This document shows positions 50,663 through 64,000 of a stretch of 64,000 nucleotides of DNA, piece by piece (the first letter of the stretch is position 1; each line of letters opens with the position of its first letter). This stretch comes from Chara braunii (Eukaryota; Plantae; Charophyceae): positions 2,903,565 through 2,967,564 of the forward strand of contig BFEA01000017.1 of assembly GCA_003427395.1 (NCBI GenBank), written 5' to 3'. The notes under the pieces were generated by a model. It searched no databases. It saw only the letters and a program-made list of their open reading frames with translations, and was not told the origin of the DNA. Both the position numbers and the translations under genes were made by a program.

Positions 50663-50665
<3 letters not shown>
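50415..50665. repeat. Three tandem copies plus one inverted copy of a ~50-bp unit
   Basis: ccgtgaagacgatggtctgtctatctctctcc x3, then the reverse complement at ~50600-50662. Confidence 0.7.
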
Positions 50666-50750
<85 letters not shown>

Positions 50751-50751
50751 N

Positions 50752-50820
<69 letters not shown>

Positions 50821-50899
50821 CAGCTCACAAACAGATGTTTTGTTTTTCATTTTTTTTTTCCTGGCAGATTATTATTTCGATCCACGAATCACGGCGTCC

Positions 50900-51400
50900 A
50901 TTCTGCTATCCTGTCCAGACTAACCCACCAATCAACCGACTAATTAATGGCTTTGTGGATCGACTGACTCTTATCGTATCAATCAACTGATCAATTACCA
51001 GGTCGTTTTGCTGATTACAGATCAATCAGCTGCTCAATCCTCCTGCCTCGTCAATCATGTCCACACTTGGCCGACAATTTACCAATCAATCAATCGACTA
51101 ATTCATGGCTTCGTGGATTGACGGATCACCAAGCAGTTAACTGACTAATTACAAGGTCGCTTGGCTGGTTACCAATCAACCAGCTTGCTGTTCAATCCTT
51201 CCTCCATTAATCATGTCCACCCTTGATTGATAAGTTATTTACCAATCAATCAACCGATTGATTCGTCATCATCGCTTCGTCCATTGGCTGTTTCCGAGCT
51301 GATTACCAATCAAGCAGATGATCGATCGATCCTCCATCGTAAATCATGCCCACCCCTGGCTGATAATTTACGGACCAATCAACCTACTAATTAAACGCCG
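50900..51400. repeat. Degenerate ~150-bp tandem repeat
   Basis: Recurring accaatcaatcaaccgactaatt and tcatgtccac. Confidence 0.65.
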
Positions 51401-52504
51401 TTTCGGGAGTTCGTTCGCCTCGGGCAAACGACGGAGGTGGGGATGGCTATGGCACACCTCGTTCAATTGGTACACGGCGTCCGCAGGACCGCAGGAGGTG
51501 GAAAGGGGATGGCTATGGCTACGTGGTGAAGGAGGGGGAGAGGCGTGCAAGGTGGGAGCCAGAGGGATCGGCCAGAAGGGAGGGAAGCCGGCGGCAGCCA
51601 ATAAGGGCTGCACCCAATGAGCAGCTGCAGCGTGTACAAGGCGTCCCCTGCGTACAGGGTGTCGGCCCGGGGGGGTGACATGGAAGTACTGGCCATTGCA
51701 GCAGCGCAGTGAGCGATCAGGGAGAAGAGTGTACAAGGGGTACACACGGAGTCCGCCCTGCGGCGGAGAGGGAACAGGTCACTTCGACAGTGTGCTGAAG
51801 GAGGAGAGAGATGAGATGCACACAGCGAAAACGATGTGCATGACGAACGCACACGATCATACAATGGCCTTTTCTCCTGCAGCAGCAATCTGAAGGGGGA
51901 CGAGCCGGAGAGTGGGATCTGGTAACTGAAAGGGGTATGGAGGATGGCGGCGACAGTGACAGTGATGATCGATGATTGATGATTGATGAAGAAGATGAAG
52001 AAGAAGATGATGGTGAGGAGAATGGCAGTCAAGGGTAGGCGGGGGAAAGGAAAATACATACATACATACATACATACATACATACATACATACATACATA
52101 CATACATACATACATACATACATACAGCATGCTAGTAAATAAAGAAACATAGTATTAACACCCAATGAACTGTTGAAATACAGAGTCTGACCCAAGTTCA
52201 AAATTCAGCTGATATCAGATGAACCGTATAAATAAAATACAGTAATTCTGAATTACCTCTGGCCGGTGAGCTCAATGATCATATCTCAAGGCCGTCGCCC
52301 CTATGTATTAAAAAAAAAAGAAAAGACAATCCGAAGGAGAGAGGGGTGCGGAAGAGGTGGGACTGAGGGGAAGAGGCACGAAGGGAGGAGAGAGGAGAGC
52401 AGCTCTGCCAGCCAAACAGGGCTGGCTGCTGCCAATCGACAGCTGCAGCAGGCACTCTGGCGCCGCAGCTGCCAGGGAATCCGGAGAGTACAGGACCGAG
52501 AGAG

Positions 52505-52583
<79 letters not shown>

Positions 52584-53321
52584 NNNNNNNNNNNNNNNNN
52601 NNNNNNNNNNNNNNNNNNNNNNNNNNNNNNNNNNNNNNNNNNNNNNNNNNNNNNNNNNNNNNNNNNNNNNNNNNNNNNNNNNNNNNNNNNNNNNNNNNNN
52701 NNNNNNNNNNNNNNNNNNNNNNNNNNNNNNNNNNNNNNNNNNNNNNNNNNNNNNNNNNNNNNNNNNNNNNNNNNNNNNNNNNNNNNNNNNNNNNNNNNNN
52801 NNNNNNNNNNNNNNNNNNNNNNNNNNNNNNNNNNNNNNNNNNNNNNNNNNNNNNNNNNNNNNNNNNNNNNNNNNNNNNNNNNNNNNNNNNNNNNNNNNNN
52901 NNNNNNNNNNNNNNNNNNNNNNNNNNNNNNNNNNNNNNNNNNNNNNNNNNNNNNNNNNNNNNNNNNNNNNNNNNNNNNNNNNNNNNNNNNNNNNNNNNNN
53001 NNNNNNNNNNNNNNNNNNNNNNNNNNNNNNNNNNNNNNNNNNNNNNNNNNNNNNNNNNNNNNNNNNNNNNNNNNNNNNNNNNNNNNNNNNNNNNNNNNNN
53101 NNNNNNNNNNNNNNNNNNNNNNNNNNNNNNNNNNNNNNNNNNNNNNNNNNNNNNNNNNNNNNNNNNNNNNNNNNNNNNNNNNNNNNNNNNNNNNNNNNNN
53201 NNNNNNNNNNNNNNNNNNNNNNNNGGAAGAGGACGAGGATCTAGTGAAGCTTGACACAACAGGTTACAGGGTGGAATCCGATGTCGCCTTTGATTAGAAC
53301 GAAAGATTGCAAGCAAGTCAG

Positions 53322-53435
53322 TCAGTGTCTGCTGCTTTCAGGAGCCTGCAGGAAAAGGAATCCGATTTTCGCGAGTGTATTTCTGCTTTCAGGAGCCTGC
53401 AGGAAAAGGAATCCGATTTTCGCGAGTGTATTCTG
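53322..53435. repeat. 51-bp tandem duplication
   Basis: ctgctttcaggagcctgcaggaaaaggaatccgattttcgcgagtgtatt x2. Confidence 0.9.
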
Positions 53436-55469
53436 CATCGGACTTTATTATGAGGAAAAAAGGAATAGTGAAACACAGTGGCCATAGACTGCTTCTCGCA
53501 CACGCATCGACAAGATATTTCAATACTTCTCCGCATGTACAGTTCTCAGTTGAAAAACGCGCAAATCAAATTCCCCGACGCGTTTCGGCTAATCAGGCTG
53601 CGCTCCTGGCACTCACTCCTCAGGGGGCTTCTTCCCAGATCCGCCTTACGGCACCACCCAACATTCCCACCAGCGACTGTCTGAGAATAGAGGGAGGGCC
53701 GACGGCCTTGCGCTCTATATATACTGAACGCTCGTTTGGGAGCTGGGAGTTCAGATCAGAGAGACAGCATATCCTTCGAGGGAACTTGGAAACGAACGCT
53801 AAGCCTTGTACCGTTCGGATTTCTGTTTGGCTGCGGTCTGGGCATAACGGGACATAGCCAAGAAGAGAAAGCGACTCCGGAGGATACGCGGTGTCTTGCG
53901 CGGTCTGACATTGTGAGAGGTAGGAAAGGGGGAAGAACCAGGGAGGAAGAGATTAGGTGCGAAGCGCTGAAACAGGGGCGGGGAAGAAAGTGAGGAAGCC
54001 AAAGGAGGAGAGAGCAGAGTGAGGAGAAGGAAGCAAAGAGACTGAAGGGTTAGTGGGAAGAGAAAGAGGGTAGTGAATAAAGAACTAATTGACTAGGAGG
54101 AGGGGAAAGGATCTTTTATGAAGGGACGTTGAGCAAGCTCAAGGCCGAGTTATTACTCTAAAGGAACCCTCTCTCTTCCGCAAACGTGATCATCCATCGA
54201 TGGAGGAAACAATTGTGGGGGGGCGGGGGATACCTCGACTTAACAAGATTTCCAGACAGGAGATGTCTTCACTTCAGTTTCCATCTGCTGCATTTTTGAC
54301 GCAGTCACGGATTCAAGGCTGTAGCTGCAGCTGCTGCTCCTGCTTCCAACCACACATTGAAGACGATCGGAGAGTAATGGTAGTAGAAAGGCTGTAGCGC
54401 CTGCTGCTGCTTTCGACCACGAGTCGACGACGATTGGACAGTGTGCAACTCTACTCCAGAGGTTTTCGAAATAGTAATAAAGTATCTTTTGTGAAGGGAG
54501 GCTGAGGAAGCTCACCAGGACAGTAGGAGATGGCATGCCAGGCGTTCCGTACGTGCGAGCAGGAGGACGGTTGTTCCCCATACCTTCTTCACTTCTTCGA
54601 ATGGATGACTGCGACCCGTTCGATATCCTCAGCAGAACATCCTGCCAGGACTGACACAGCAGAGGATCGTGCCAGTCTCAACGTAGAGAGAGCGGCGACA
54701 TCACAAGATAAGCTAGCAGGAAAGTGTGCAAAGCACAGGCGAACAACACGGTACAGTCCGTGACTATGGTGGCTCCGCAGGCGCTCCTGCAAGACACATA
54801 ACACAAGTTGGAGATCTGCGCGGGCACCCATAGCGCGGGGGGGCACATCAGTGACATCACCCACGCTCGAACGACACAAGTCCAGCGGGCAACGGCCTCC
54901 TCACGGTACATTGACTTCTCCAATATTCACGTGATGCTCGGTCACTTTGTATGATTTTTTTATTTTTTTTTTGAATGCGTCTTTATATTGCAAATTGTTT
55001 TTTTTTTTTTTTTTTTTTTTTTTTTCGTGTGTGTAGAGGCTGGATTACAGACCTATGAGAGATTCACCTTCAGCACTGACCATGTGGTAGAGGCCCCCTA
55101 ATCCTATGGGACTCCCTCCCAACCTACCACTTTCGTAATTTCTCCTGGCTCATTCCTACTCCCACTATCCTACCTTACTGTCTACCACTTAGGATCATCA
55201 CCCTCCAACCTGGGGGTGACCTGACCGAACCGTGATTGTAGGTACCAGGGCTAGGTGCAGAGTCCCACATACCCCACTCAGCTCCCATCGAAGTATAGTT
55301 GAGCGAGCCTTGTCGCCCAGATACTTCAGGTGCTAGGTACAGACGTTTCACTACAAGTCCCATATCTGGACCTTATTTTTTGCGTTCATATCGTTGTGTA
55401 CACAGCTGTTGTTACATTTGTTTTGTTGTTAGGTTGTTCGCTGTGCACACTGTTGTCATTATTGTTGTT

Positions 55470-56538
55470 TGTAATGAACCTAGATCGTGAAGACAGTCGT
55501 CAACAATGCAAGCCCAGATAAATGCCCATCGGCTGATGATTACTAATAGTCAAAATCGTAACCAGACAGAATGAGATGAGGTAATCATACACAGACGAAG
55601 AGAGAGGAGGGAGAAGAGAAAGGAGAGGAAAGTACAATGCCCACTCCTGCTTCGGGCTCCCTCCTCTACTACCACCTCAATAATCAATAGTCTGAACGAG
55701 TATCTGAAGTATCCTCAATGTGCCACGTGGCACGTCTAATCAGTCCCACATCAGCACTGGAGCAATGTCGACATGAAGACAGCCAGGTACGTATCCACGA
55801 ACTCTCCACAGTCCTGATCTCCTCCTGAAGTGACGATGAAACAGAACAGCAATGCCGATCACATAGTCCCAGCCATAGAACACGGGGCAGCAGCCACGTC
55901 AGCCAATGATACACGTGGCAGCAGCCACGTCAGCCAATGATACACGTGGCAGCAGCCACATCAGCGATAGCGCATGGCAGCTGCCACGTCAGCATGCCAA
56001 TAAGACAGGAGCAAGCCGGCCACCATGCCGGACTAGCAGCGCCTCGCCAAGTCACAGTGCCAGCGCCGCAGCGTCGAGCCAGTGTGGCAGCGTCGAGCCA
56101 GCGTTGAAGTCAATGCGTGAAGTCAACATCAACGCAAGACAGAATGAATGACAAAGCCAGGAAGTCAGTTCTTATGTAGTGTTGACGCGGGGTCTGTACC
56201 CCGGATGCTGTATCCTTCGGCCGTGACGGTCCAGATCTCAATGCGAATGAGGGCCCAGATTGGCCTGGAACCGAATTCCCTCCGGCCTGGGTGCTGCCTG
56301 GGTACCTGCTCACAACAAGTGAGTGTATCCAACCAAGGGCCTGGGTGCGGTACCTTTGACTCTACAGTTGACTTTGACTCTTGAATTTCCTGTGTGCAGC
56401 ATTCGGTCACACAGCCACACTCGACAGACTAAGGCCTGGGCGTGTCTTGGTCACACAGCCCAGCGCAGACCAACTCAGGTCTGCATGGCCTGGGGCTGAG
56501 TTCTGGGCCCTAGGCTACTTCTGAACAGGGTTATTACA
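55470..56538 (-). repeat. 3' LTR (1069 bp, TGTAAT...ATTACA)
   Basis: TG..CA ends with short terminal inverted repeat; direct repeat of 63629 onward. Confidence 0.9.
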
Positions 56539-56539
56539 T

Positions 56540-59500
56540 TCATGCCGGCCCATTTTCAAGTTCCACCGCATAAATATTTAAGACTTTTAACCCTCGTTCA
56601 TAAGCAACGACAATATCAGGAACAATTTCAAATAGTTCTCGTTTACTAAACCATCTGTCCTTAGATGGTGCTTGAGTTTTAAAACGTACCTTGAACTGCT
56701 TCTGAGATCGTCCACGTCCTCCCGTTGAGAAGTAACCATGCTCTATGATCCTGTCAACCTCGTATCTGCCATCCATGTCTGGTGGAATCATAGAGGGTCT
56801 GTGTGGAAACTCATTTCCTTCTACGTAAGGCAACAATTTGGATGCATGAAAGACAGGATATATTTTGAGATGAGGGGGAACATCAACTCGATAAGACGGT
56901 CCCTCTACATCTCCAATTACTTTGAGAGCTTCCCAGGATAAAAAATAGACAGGTAGCAATTTCTGGGACACGTCTTCTTCTAGGACGTTTAGGCTTTCAC
57001 CCTTTGTGAAGTGCGTTCGGGGTTCGTCCAATAGAAGTGTGGACGCTATTGTTATATGCACTCGCAATTTTAGGTGAGTTTTCATCCCAATCAATCTGAT
57101 CGGGTCTAATATACATACGCAAAAGTTGCTGGCACTGACGGTTCAACTGTTCAGTTTGGTCATTCGTTTCGGGATGCCTCCCTGACGACATGGTCAGCCG
57201 TGTGCCATAAGCTTCCATTAGTTTTTGCCATGGCAGACTGGTGAACCTGCCATCTCGATCAGACACAATGGTTTCAGGGAACCCATACTCAGTGACCCAT
57301 CGCATCTGAAATTTCTGAATGACAAGTTCAGTACGCGCTTCTGCTGGTAAGGGAACAAACATAGCGTATTTAGAGAAACGATCCACAATTACCATCACTT
57401 GGCTATTACCATTGCGACTTTTAATCAGACTCATAAAGTCAATTGAGATAGACTCACCTGGTTTGCTTGGTATAGGTAATGGCTTGAGAAGTCCAAGGGG
57501 GTTCTCATGCGACGACTTGTTTCTCTGACACACTAGACATGTACGAACATATGTTAGTACATCTTCTTTAAGTCCCTTCCATTGAAAACGTTCTTTGACT
57601 TCAGCATATGTTTTCTTGAAACCAAAATGACCTTCAGAATCGTGACATTCCCCAATCAATACACTTTTAATCTCTTCCTTATGAGGAATACACAATCTTT
57701 GTTCGGTGTGGTCAATCAAGAACAACAATCCATCAGTCAGTCTATAGTTGGGTAGTTGGGATGGATCTCGTACAACGATATCCATGATTGGTTTCCAAAT
57801 AGGATCAGTGGCATATCCTTGGCGAATCAGGTCTTTCAGGTCATTCCCAACATCCAAGTAAGAGACAATTGCACCAAAGAAATCACTCCGTCTGGAAAAT
57901 GCATCTGCAACAACATTAGACTTACCTTTGATCGTTTTCAATTCAAAATCAAAGGTATCAATAAACGCAGACCATCATACCAGCTTATCAGAGAGCCTAG
58001 GCTGTGTCTTTATCCACTTCAAAGTAGAGTGGTCTACAGTAAAGTGTTTCCCTAATAAGTAGTGTTTCTACGTGTTTAGTCCATAGACTAAGGCATACAA
58101 CTCCCTTTCATAGGTGAAGTTGGCAACCTTTTCCGATGACAGTCGTGCAGACATAAACTCTATGGGCTTGTAGCCCTTGTCGTCATCCTGCTGGAGAACA
58201 GCGCCAATCTCATACTGACTTGCGTCAGTGGTGACAATGAAAGGCAAAGACGGTTCAACAATCTTAAAGACGGGGTAGTGAGTTAGGGCATACTTCAATT
58301 TTCGAAAGAAAGACTCACAATCCTTATCTCACAACTAGATAGTTTTTTTCTTTAACAATTTTCGCATTGGTGCAGCGATCAGTGAGAAGTTTCTGACAAA
58401 CTTCCTATAATAACTAGCTAGACCAAGGAAAGATCGCAGTTCAGTAATAGACTTAGGTTGTGGTCAATTTCTAATTGCTGATATTTTTTTCTCTTCCGGC
58501 CTTAGTCCTTTTTCGTTTACTATGTGTCCTAAAGATAACACTTCGGACTTAGCAACTCAGACTTCTTTGGGTTAATCTTGAAGTTGCCCTCACGCAACTT
58601 CCCTAGCACCAGACGAATGTGTTTTTCATGATCTTCTAGTGTTTTGCTACACACTAGAATATCATCGAGATAGACAATGACAATCTTATCCAGCCATTGA
58701 CGAAATAAGTCATCCATTTACCTCTGAAAAATGGCAGGGGCATTCGTTAATATGAAGGGCATTACCACGAACTCGTAGTGGTCATACCTGGTTCGGAAAG
58801 TGGTTTTATGCTGATCGGAGGGTTCCACCTCGATCTGGTGATATCCAGATTTCAAGTCGATCTTGCTAAAGTACCTGCATCCCTGTACTGGTCAAGTAAG
58901 TCGTCAATGCGAGGAAGTGGTTCAACATTCTTAACAGTGACGACATTCAATCCTCTATAATCAATACAGAGATGCAACTCACTTTCCTTTTTGGACACAA
59001 ATAGGACAGGGGCACCATAAGGAGAAGAGTTAGGGCGAATTCATCCTTTCTCTGTTAAGTTTTGCAGTTGTTTTCTCAGTTCCTCAAGTTCCCTAGCAGA
59101 CATTCGGGAGATAGGGCCCTTGGGAATCTTACTTCAAGGAATAATTTCAATGGTGTCCTTTATAGCACGTGCAATTATTCCTGTTGGTTCGGTAAATAAG
59201 TATTTATACTCGCTTAAGAGTTTTTCAGTCGAAGAAGGATAGGAAGTAGAAGACTCTCCTGTTTATTAATATCATCATTACTTCCTGTTCCAACTTCTTT
59301 GAAACCATTGAACGAAAGGCTGGATAACTCATACAACAAAAAGACAGACTAGAGTCAGAGCCAGATTTATGAAACAATTTGATTGGTTTCAAATCAGATT
59401 GTGCGTCACACAATTGCACAATCTTTTCTTTGAACTTAATGTATGGGTTGGCTTCCTCGTGCCAATCTATTCTTAGAATAAAGTCAAATGGCTCATTCTA
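56540..59500 (-). pseudogene. pol: Gypsy pol: protease tail, RT, RNase H, integrase, chromodomain (frameshifted)
   Basis: IVYLDDIL, TTDASQYEIGAVLQQ, YERELYAL, HDSEGHFG..CLVCQRNK, SISIDF, VIVDRFSK, IVSDRDGRF, GRHPETNDQTEQLN, GPSYRV..IYPVFHASKL and chromo YEVDRIIEH..FKVRFK..DRW. Confidence 0.93.
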
Positions 59501-60029
59501 AACCTTCAAGATGTCGGTGTCAGTCTCAACTGATTCGATGGCAACATGAATTGCTTTCAAATCAAACTGGGCACGGATATGTGCCCCTTTTTCAGCACCA
59601 GCGTCATGGAGTTCAGATATCAGTTGATCCAAAAGACCAATCAAGACTTTTTTTCGCTCTTCAACTTGTTGTCTGGTACGGGGGTCAGGAGTCCCCTCAT
59701 CAATAGCGAAGGTGAGTGAGACTGGGAAGAAAAAGAAAGGAATGAAACGAGTGAGAACTAACAATTTTAAACAATTTCATAAATGAGACATTGTGATGTG
59801 CATCTGCCGCACAATAAATACTTAATAACAATAATAAATTTCATGGCCGCACTAATTTTTTTATTTTTTTTTTAATGAAAAAATATATAAGATTATGCTA
59901 TATCAACTATTCTAGTTTCCTAATCCTAGTACAACTTCTAGCCCTCCCTGTACCACGACATTGTACCTCAGAGACGAAACCAACCTAACCAACATCAACC
60001 ATAGCTGATCTCTTCTTGCCTCCTTGTAC

Positions 60030-60324
60030 CCCCCCCCGGTTCACCACTTGAATGCCTTCCACCCTCAACAAACCCCAGATCTGTCTACAAGGCCTCACAG
60101 TCCCGCTATTTACAGGTTACAGGGCAACGCCACAGCTCCGGCCAGCATTGTTCTAACATTGGCAAACCAAGGGCACAAAACAGAGCAACTCAGAAGATAT
60201 CAGTCCATGTTCAACCATCTCTGAAGTCCTATATCCCGAATGCGGAAGAATAATAGATGCAGCCAAAATTTCAGAATACCAAAAAGCTTAATATAACAAT
60301 AATCAGATGATGATACTAATTATG

Positions 60325-60376
<52 letters not shown>

Positions 60377-60790
60377 TATGATGATAATGATGATAATGAA
60401 TATGACGATTAGTATATAGAAGGTATAACAACATTTTTGGTCTCTTAATCTTCGAACCCTTCCAGCCCTCCCTGAACCAGGACATTACATCTCACAGGCA
60501 ATACCCTCATAACCAATGTCTACCATAGCTGACATGTTCTCGCCACCTAGACTATCCCTGGCCCCATAGGTTATCAAGGCAGCCCCCCGGTTCGCCACTG
60601 GATTGCCTTCCTCCCTCGGCAAATCACAAGATCTCTCTACAAGGCCTCACACTCCTGCTAATTGCAGGTTACAGGGCAACGCCCCAACTCCGACCAGCTT
60701 CGTCTGGCATCGCCAAACCATGGGCAAAGACAAAGCAACTCTGTAGATATCGTTCCAGATTCGACCATCTCTAAAATCCTATATCCTGAT
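60030..60790 (+). repeat. Two more copies of the ttacagggcaacgcc repeat family
   Basis: 60030-60240 and 60585-60790 match 17020-17230. Confidence 0.75.
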
Positions 60791-60849
60791 TGAGGAAGGA
60801 GGCCAGATATAGCCGAGAATTACAGCACACCAGAAAGCATGATATAACA

Positions 60850-60899
<50 letters not shown>

Positions 60900-61422
60900 G
60901 ATGATGAGATGATTCAGAAAAAATCCCCTCTCTCCCTTCCTTCCTCCATTCTCTCCATTACCCTATCTATCCCTTTACCCTAATCTGCCCCCGCTGGGAT
61001 TTGATGCCCAGCCCCAGAAAAGAGTATTCCTCACAATCTGCCCGTACCCCCTCCAGGATTTCACCACTCGCCTAATGAAACCCCTGCGGGGCTGGGCTCT
61101 CCCCCTCCCCTTCACCAAAATGTCATTTGCTTGGATTTTGTTGATGACGAAGGATAGCACCCTGAAGATAATGATAATGGGGATGATGATGACGACCCAC
61201 TCACCTACTGATGCGAAAGGCGAACGATGCCTTGAAGAGCAAACTCTACTGATAACAAACTAATAATGATGATACTAATCATCATCATAGTGATGATGAT
61301 AATGATGTTGATGATGTCGATGATGATGATGATGATGATGAAGACACACGAATGATGATGCTCATAATAATGATGATGATGATGATGTCAGTAATGTTGA
61401 TGATGATGATGAAGATGATGAC

Positions 61423-61476
<54 letters not shown>

Positions 61477-61711
61477 GATGATGATGATGATATGATGATG
61501 ATGAAAATGATGATGACGCACCAATGAAGATGCTCATAATGATGATGATGATGATGATGATATGTAAGTAATGCTGCTGCTGATGATGATGATGATGATG
61601 ANNNNNNNNNNNNNNNNNNNNNNNNNNNNNNNNNNNNNNNNNNNNNNNNNNNNNNNNNNNNNNNNNNNNNNNNNNNNNNNNNNNNNNNNNNNNNNNNNNN
61701 NNNNNNNNNNN

Positions 61712-61764
<53 letters not shown>

Positions 61765-61850
61765 GATGATGATGACGCACCAATGAAGATGCTCATAATG
61801 ATGATGTTGATGTCAGTAATGCTGCTACTGCTGCTGATGATGATGATTAC
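60303..61850. repeat. (GAT)n microsatellite-rich region with an N-gap
   Basis: Visible directly. Confidence 0.9.
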
Positions 61851-62269
61851 CATCGTTATCCCCACATTATGAAAAATGTCAATGACGATGATGATGAAGA
61901 TTACCACTGTTGGCAACGCAGTACAAGTGAAGGTCGACGACAAGTCCACCGGGACGCTGAAACTGAAAGCTGGCCAGAATCGAAGAGAACGTCCCACCCC
62001 ATGAAGCAAAGTATCCTCAATCACACTGAGGTTTCCAACGCCTGAAGGTTCGCGCCACGAAGCAGAAGCACCAACCCCCCTTCTCTACTACCTGCGCCAG
62101 CCTGTGACGCCAGGAGATCCGCACGAAACAGAACAGAAGACCATCGCCTCTCCCTCCTCTCTGTCAACTAGAGACGCCACCATCCCGTTGTAGAGTAGCA
62201 GCGCTCAACGTCCGTGTCTCTGTGATGTCACCTCCCTCATTTTCTGCAGCCTCGCCCTAGCGCTACTCC

Positions 62270-62378
62270 ACCCGGCAGCGCACCGCCCACTAGCACCATT
62301 CCACCTGGCAGCGCACCGCCCGCTAGCGACACTCCATCTGGCAGCGCACCGCCCGCTAGCAGCGCTCCACCTGGCACA
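62270..62378. repeat. 33-bp tandem repeat x3
   Basis: ggcagcgcaccgcccgctagc repeated. Confidence 0.85.
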
Positions 62379-63613
62379 TGCATCGGTATACTACCACGTC
62401 GCCTGCTCGCCGCACACGTTCCTCCATAGCTTGCTTGGCGCCGACGTTGCTCCCTCGGTAGCGCAGCGCCGGCGCCTTCTTCTGGAAGAATGGTCGTACA
62501 TTCTATTCAGGGACGACCGCACTGACCTATCACAACAAGATTTCAAAGAACCGAAGAAAAAGGATCAGATACAATTATTTTTATTTCTAACTATTGTTGT
62601 TCTTTGTCTGTTCGTCTGACGATGTCCTAAACAAGAGTGTACATGTACCACTCCAGGCCCGTGTGATCAAACACAACACACAAGTAAGTACGCAAACACC
62701 ACACACAACAACAACGGGTAAGTATGCAAACAACAATCACAAACAGTTTGTCAGCAACCTTCGTCAGTCTGCTGTGTCTTCTTGATGTCAGTGCGATCAC
62801 GCACTCTCATTGACAGCTGGCACTACAGCTGTGTAATTTGTTCAGTCAGTTATACCACCGTCGTCTTTAGAGTGCACCTCTTACTTGGCAGTATCCTGCC
62901 TGCCGCGTGTCATCCCTGGAGTGCCAACATAACAAATGTTGCCACGTCAGCACTCTGTCCAGTCTGTCAATAATGGGATGCCACGTCAACAAATGTGTAG
63001 TCTGATCCTCGCCGCGTGCCTCTTCCAAGCGTCACGTGAGATACCGTCGTCGTTCCAGCCAGTCAGATCATGCCTCGTCAGCCAAGGAGTTCAATGCCAC
63101 GTCAGCAGGCAGACACCACCTCATGAAGACAGGTGTAATGACCTGCTCCTGCCACGTCAGCAATCAATCTTCTTTCCTTCAGGCCACGTCAGCATCTGCA
63201 GTAGACCCTGTCGCGTGTCAGCAGCACAAGGAGTGCCACATCAGCAATCAACAGGGTCTGGAGACGCGGCACTATATGTGCCACATCAGCAAGGGATCGC
63301 GATGCAACGTCACTATCACGATCTTGGTTGGCGCACGGTATCCCCTGTCGCGATCCCTACTGCCACGTCAGCAGCCTGGTCGGGATGTCTTCTCGCCAAC
63401 GGAGTCTGTACCTCGTCAGCTTTCCCAGTCAAGTCTTCTCGCCAGTGATCTGCACTTCATCAACAAACCCCGACAGTATATCCTCGCCAGAGAGGTATGT
63501 GCCACGTCAACACCCCCATCGTATCCCTTGCCGCGTCATCACCTACTCAACCTTACTTACCTGCGCGCCACCTGGCGCGTACTCAATGTACAATTGTCGT
63601 CGTCAGGAGAACT

Positions 63614-63625
63614 GCTCTGATACCA
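63614..63625 (-). promoter_or_regulatory. Primer-binding site, tRNA-iMet
   Basis: Minus strand TGGTATCAGAGC, 3 nt after the LTR-terminal CA. Confidence 0.92.
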
Positions 63626-63628
63626 AAT

Positions 63629-64000
63629 TGTAATGAACCTAGATCGTGAAGACAGTCGTCAACAATGCAAGCCCAGATAAATGTCCATCGGTTGATGATT
63701 ACTAATAGTCAAAATCGTAACCAGACAGAATGAGATGAGGTAATCATACACAGACGAAGAGAGAGGAGGGAAAAGAGACAAAGGAGAGGAAAGTACAGTG
63801 CCCACTCCTGCTTCGGGTTCCCTCCTCTACTACCACCTCAATAATCAATAGTCTGAACAAGTATCTGAAGTATCCTCAATGTGCCACGTGGCACGTCTAA
63901 TCAGTCCCACATCAGCATTGGAGCAATGTCGACATGAAGACGGCCAGGTACGTATCCACGAACTCTCCACAGTCCTGATCTCCTCCTGAAGTGACGATGA
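63629..64000 (-). repeat. 5' LTR (partial)
   Basis: Near-identical to 55470-55840. Confidence 0.9.

Larger units (their letters stand above)
55470..64000 (-). mobile_element. Ty3/gypsy chromovirus LTR retrotransposon (5' LTR runs out of the window)
   Basis: LTRs at 55470-56538 and from 63629 onward differ by ~8 substitutions + 1 indel over ~370 bp. PBS present; pol ends in a chromodomain. Confidence 0.88.

Noticed and set aside
53300-54950. Possible gene (TATA-like tatata near 53716, several short ORFs)
   Set aside because: No recognisable protein or consistent exon structure.

Overview
This is eukaryotic, repeat-dominated genomic DNA with long microsatellites and several N-gaps. It comes from the green-plant lineage, judging by a plant-type AMT1, a plant-type U2 5' end and tRNA-iMet-primed Ty3/gypsy elements; a charophyte alga such as Chara is only a guess from overall style. 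The only clear host gene is an intronless AMT1 ammonium transporter (2621-4285, minus), whose start codon has been duplicated by a 50-bp polyA retro-insertion. The rest is nested transposable elements. (1) A 5'-truncated L1/Tx1-type LINE interrupted by an 8-bp-TSD DNA element. (2) Three PIF/Harbinger-type TIR elements joined by a shared spacer. (3) An internally deleted gypsy element with ~2.5-kb LTRs, each carrying the same 180-codon ORF. (4) A decayed Hermes/Ac-type hAT element whose two ends and TSD show it was split by a >10-kb inversion. (5) Two decayed gypsy elements, one a chromovirus with both LTRs and a PBS. (6) Several MITE/foldback elements and a polyadenylated U2 snRNA 5' fragment. 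Most short ORFs in the supplied track are microsatellite, gap or antisense artefacts. All coordinates and identities were read by eye; no database search was possible.
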